A DNA stretch of 63,543 nucleotides, the filler included, from Neolecta irregularis DAH-3 (lineage: Eukaryota), in the NCBI GenBank assembly GCA_001929475.1. It is 9 parts of 9 records of this genome, joined end to end, with 100 filler letters (N's around TTAATTAATTAA, not from the genome) between each part and the next. Parts side by side here need not be neighbours in the genome. Positions count along the whole stretch, not along the records: positions 60,197 to 63,543 come from LXFE01000268.1; 8 more parts are not named here. One strand, given 5' to 3'. A model generated the notes under the pieces. It did not search any database and was not told the origin of the DNA. It saw nothing but the letters and a program-made list of their open reading frames with translations. The position numbers and the translations under genes are program-made. This document shows positions 63,157 to 63,543 of the stretch, piece after piece (position 1 is the stretch's first letter; every line of letters begins with the position of its first letter).

Positions 63157-63387
63157 TTGCCAATTGCACCCATCTGCCTCCCTGATTGCACCCATCCCTC
63201 TTGCCTATCCCATCACACTGGCATCACAAACGAACCAAATCTGTCCCTGTTGGTCTAACAAGCTATGATCCACTGGTCGAAGGTAATGTGCTTTTGAGAT
63301 TAACTCTTTTAACGAATCGAAAGAGTTTTGCTCAATACTTGTCCAATTAAAGGGTATCCCTTTCTTGGTGAGACATGATAGGATTAC
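63157..63387 (-). mobile_element. Ty3/gypsy RT-RNase H junction fragment lying between two LTRs
   Basis: LTKKGIPFNWTSIEQNSFDSLKELI...IWFVCDASVMG. Confidence 0.8.
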
Positions 63388-63543
63388 TGTAAGCACTCCA
63401 AGGATCCAAGCAATCAGGTTACACAGGGAGATCAGGTTACACAGGGCGATCGTGTTACACGGTGGCGATCGGGTTACACGAATGGACTGGGTGGATCTGG
63501 AGTGACACTCAGAACTGGGATGCTAGCAAGCAACAATGAACAA
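63388..63543 (-). mobile_element. LTR family B 3' part (runs off window end)
   Basis: Aligns with 55444-55581, including the TTACA end and internal GATCxxGTTACAC repeats. Confidence 0.85.

Overview
Gene-dense, intron-rich fungal (ascomycete-like) nuclear DNA. Very short introns and intergenic gaps suggest an early-diverging Taphrinomycotina-type genome, but that is inference only. The window is not contiguous: eight artificial N-TTAATTAATTAA-N linkers join nine scaffold pieces, and several 10-N gaps are flanked by duplicated, slightly divergent sequence. About 35 spliced protein genes were read, including ALA1, VPS8, ATG6, CMK1, OST2, IPP1, HTS1, COQ6, SER3, LSC1, ARG7, ORC2, HEI10, SAC3, PSY2 and a DUF2439 protein. 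The last ~10 kb is mostly nested, decayed Ty3/gypsy elements plus an amidase gene. The most notable hidden structure is at 43875-44400 (minus): a spliced host transcript with tiny exons and three long introns, each holding a box C/D snoRNA (snR67-like, a candidate guide for the 18S site equivalent to human Um121, and a dual-guide snR53-like RNA). Other points of interest: a 54-bp-arm palindrome, a TA-flanked MITE, a frameshifted PRP8 fragment, CpG-directed decay of LTRs, candidate non-AUG targeting extensions on AlaRS and pyrophosphatase, and several 32-41 nt GC-AG introns. All calls are by eye. Exon boundaries are approximate and rRNA targets come from recalled conserved sequence.
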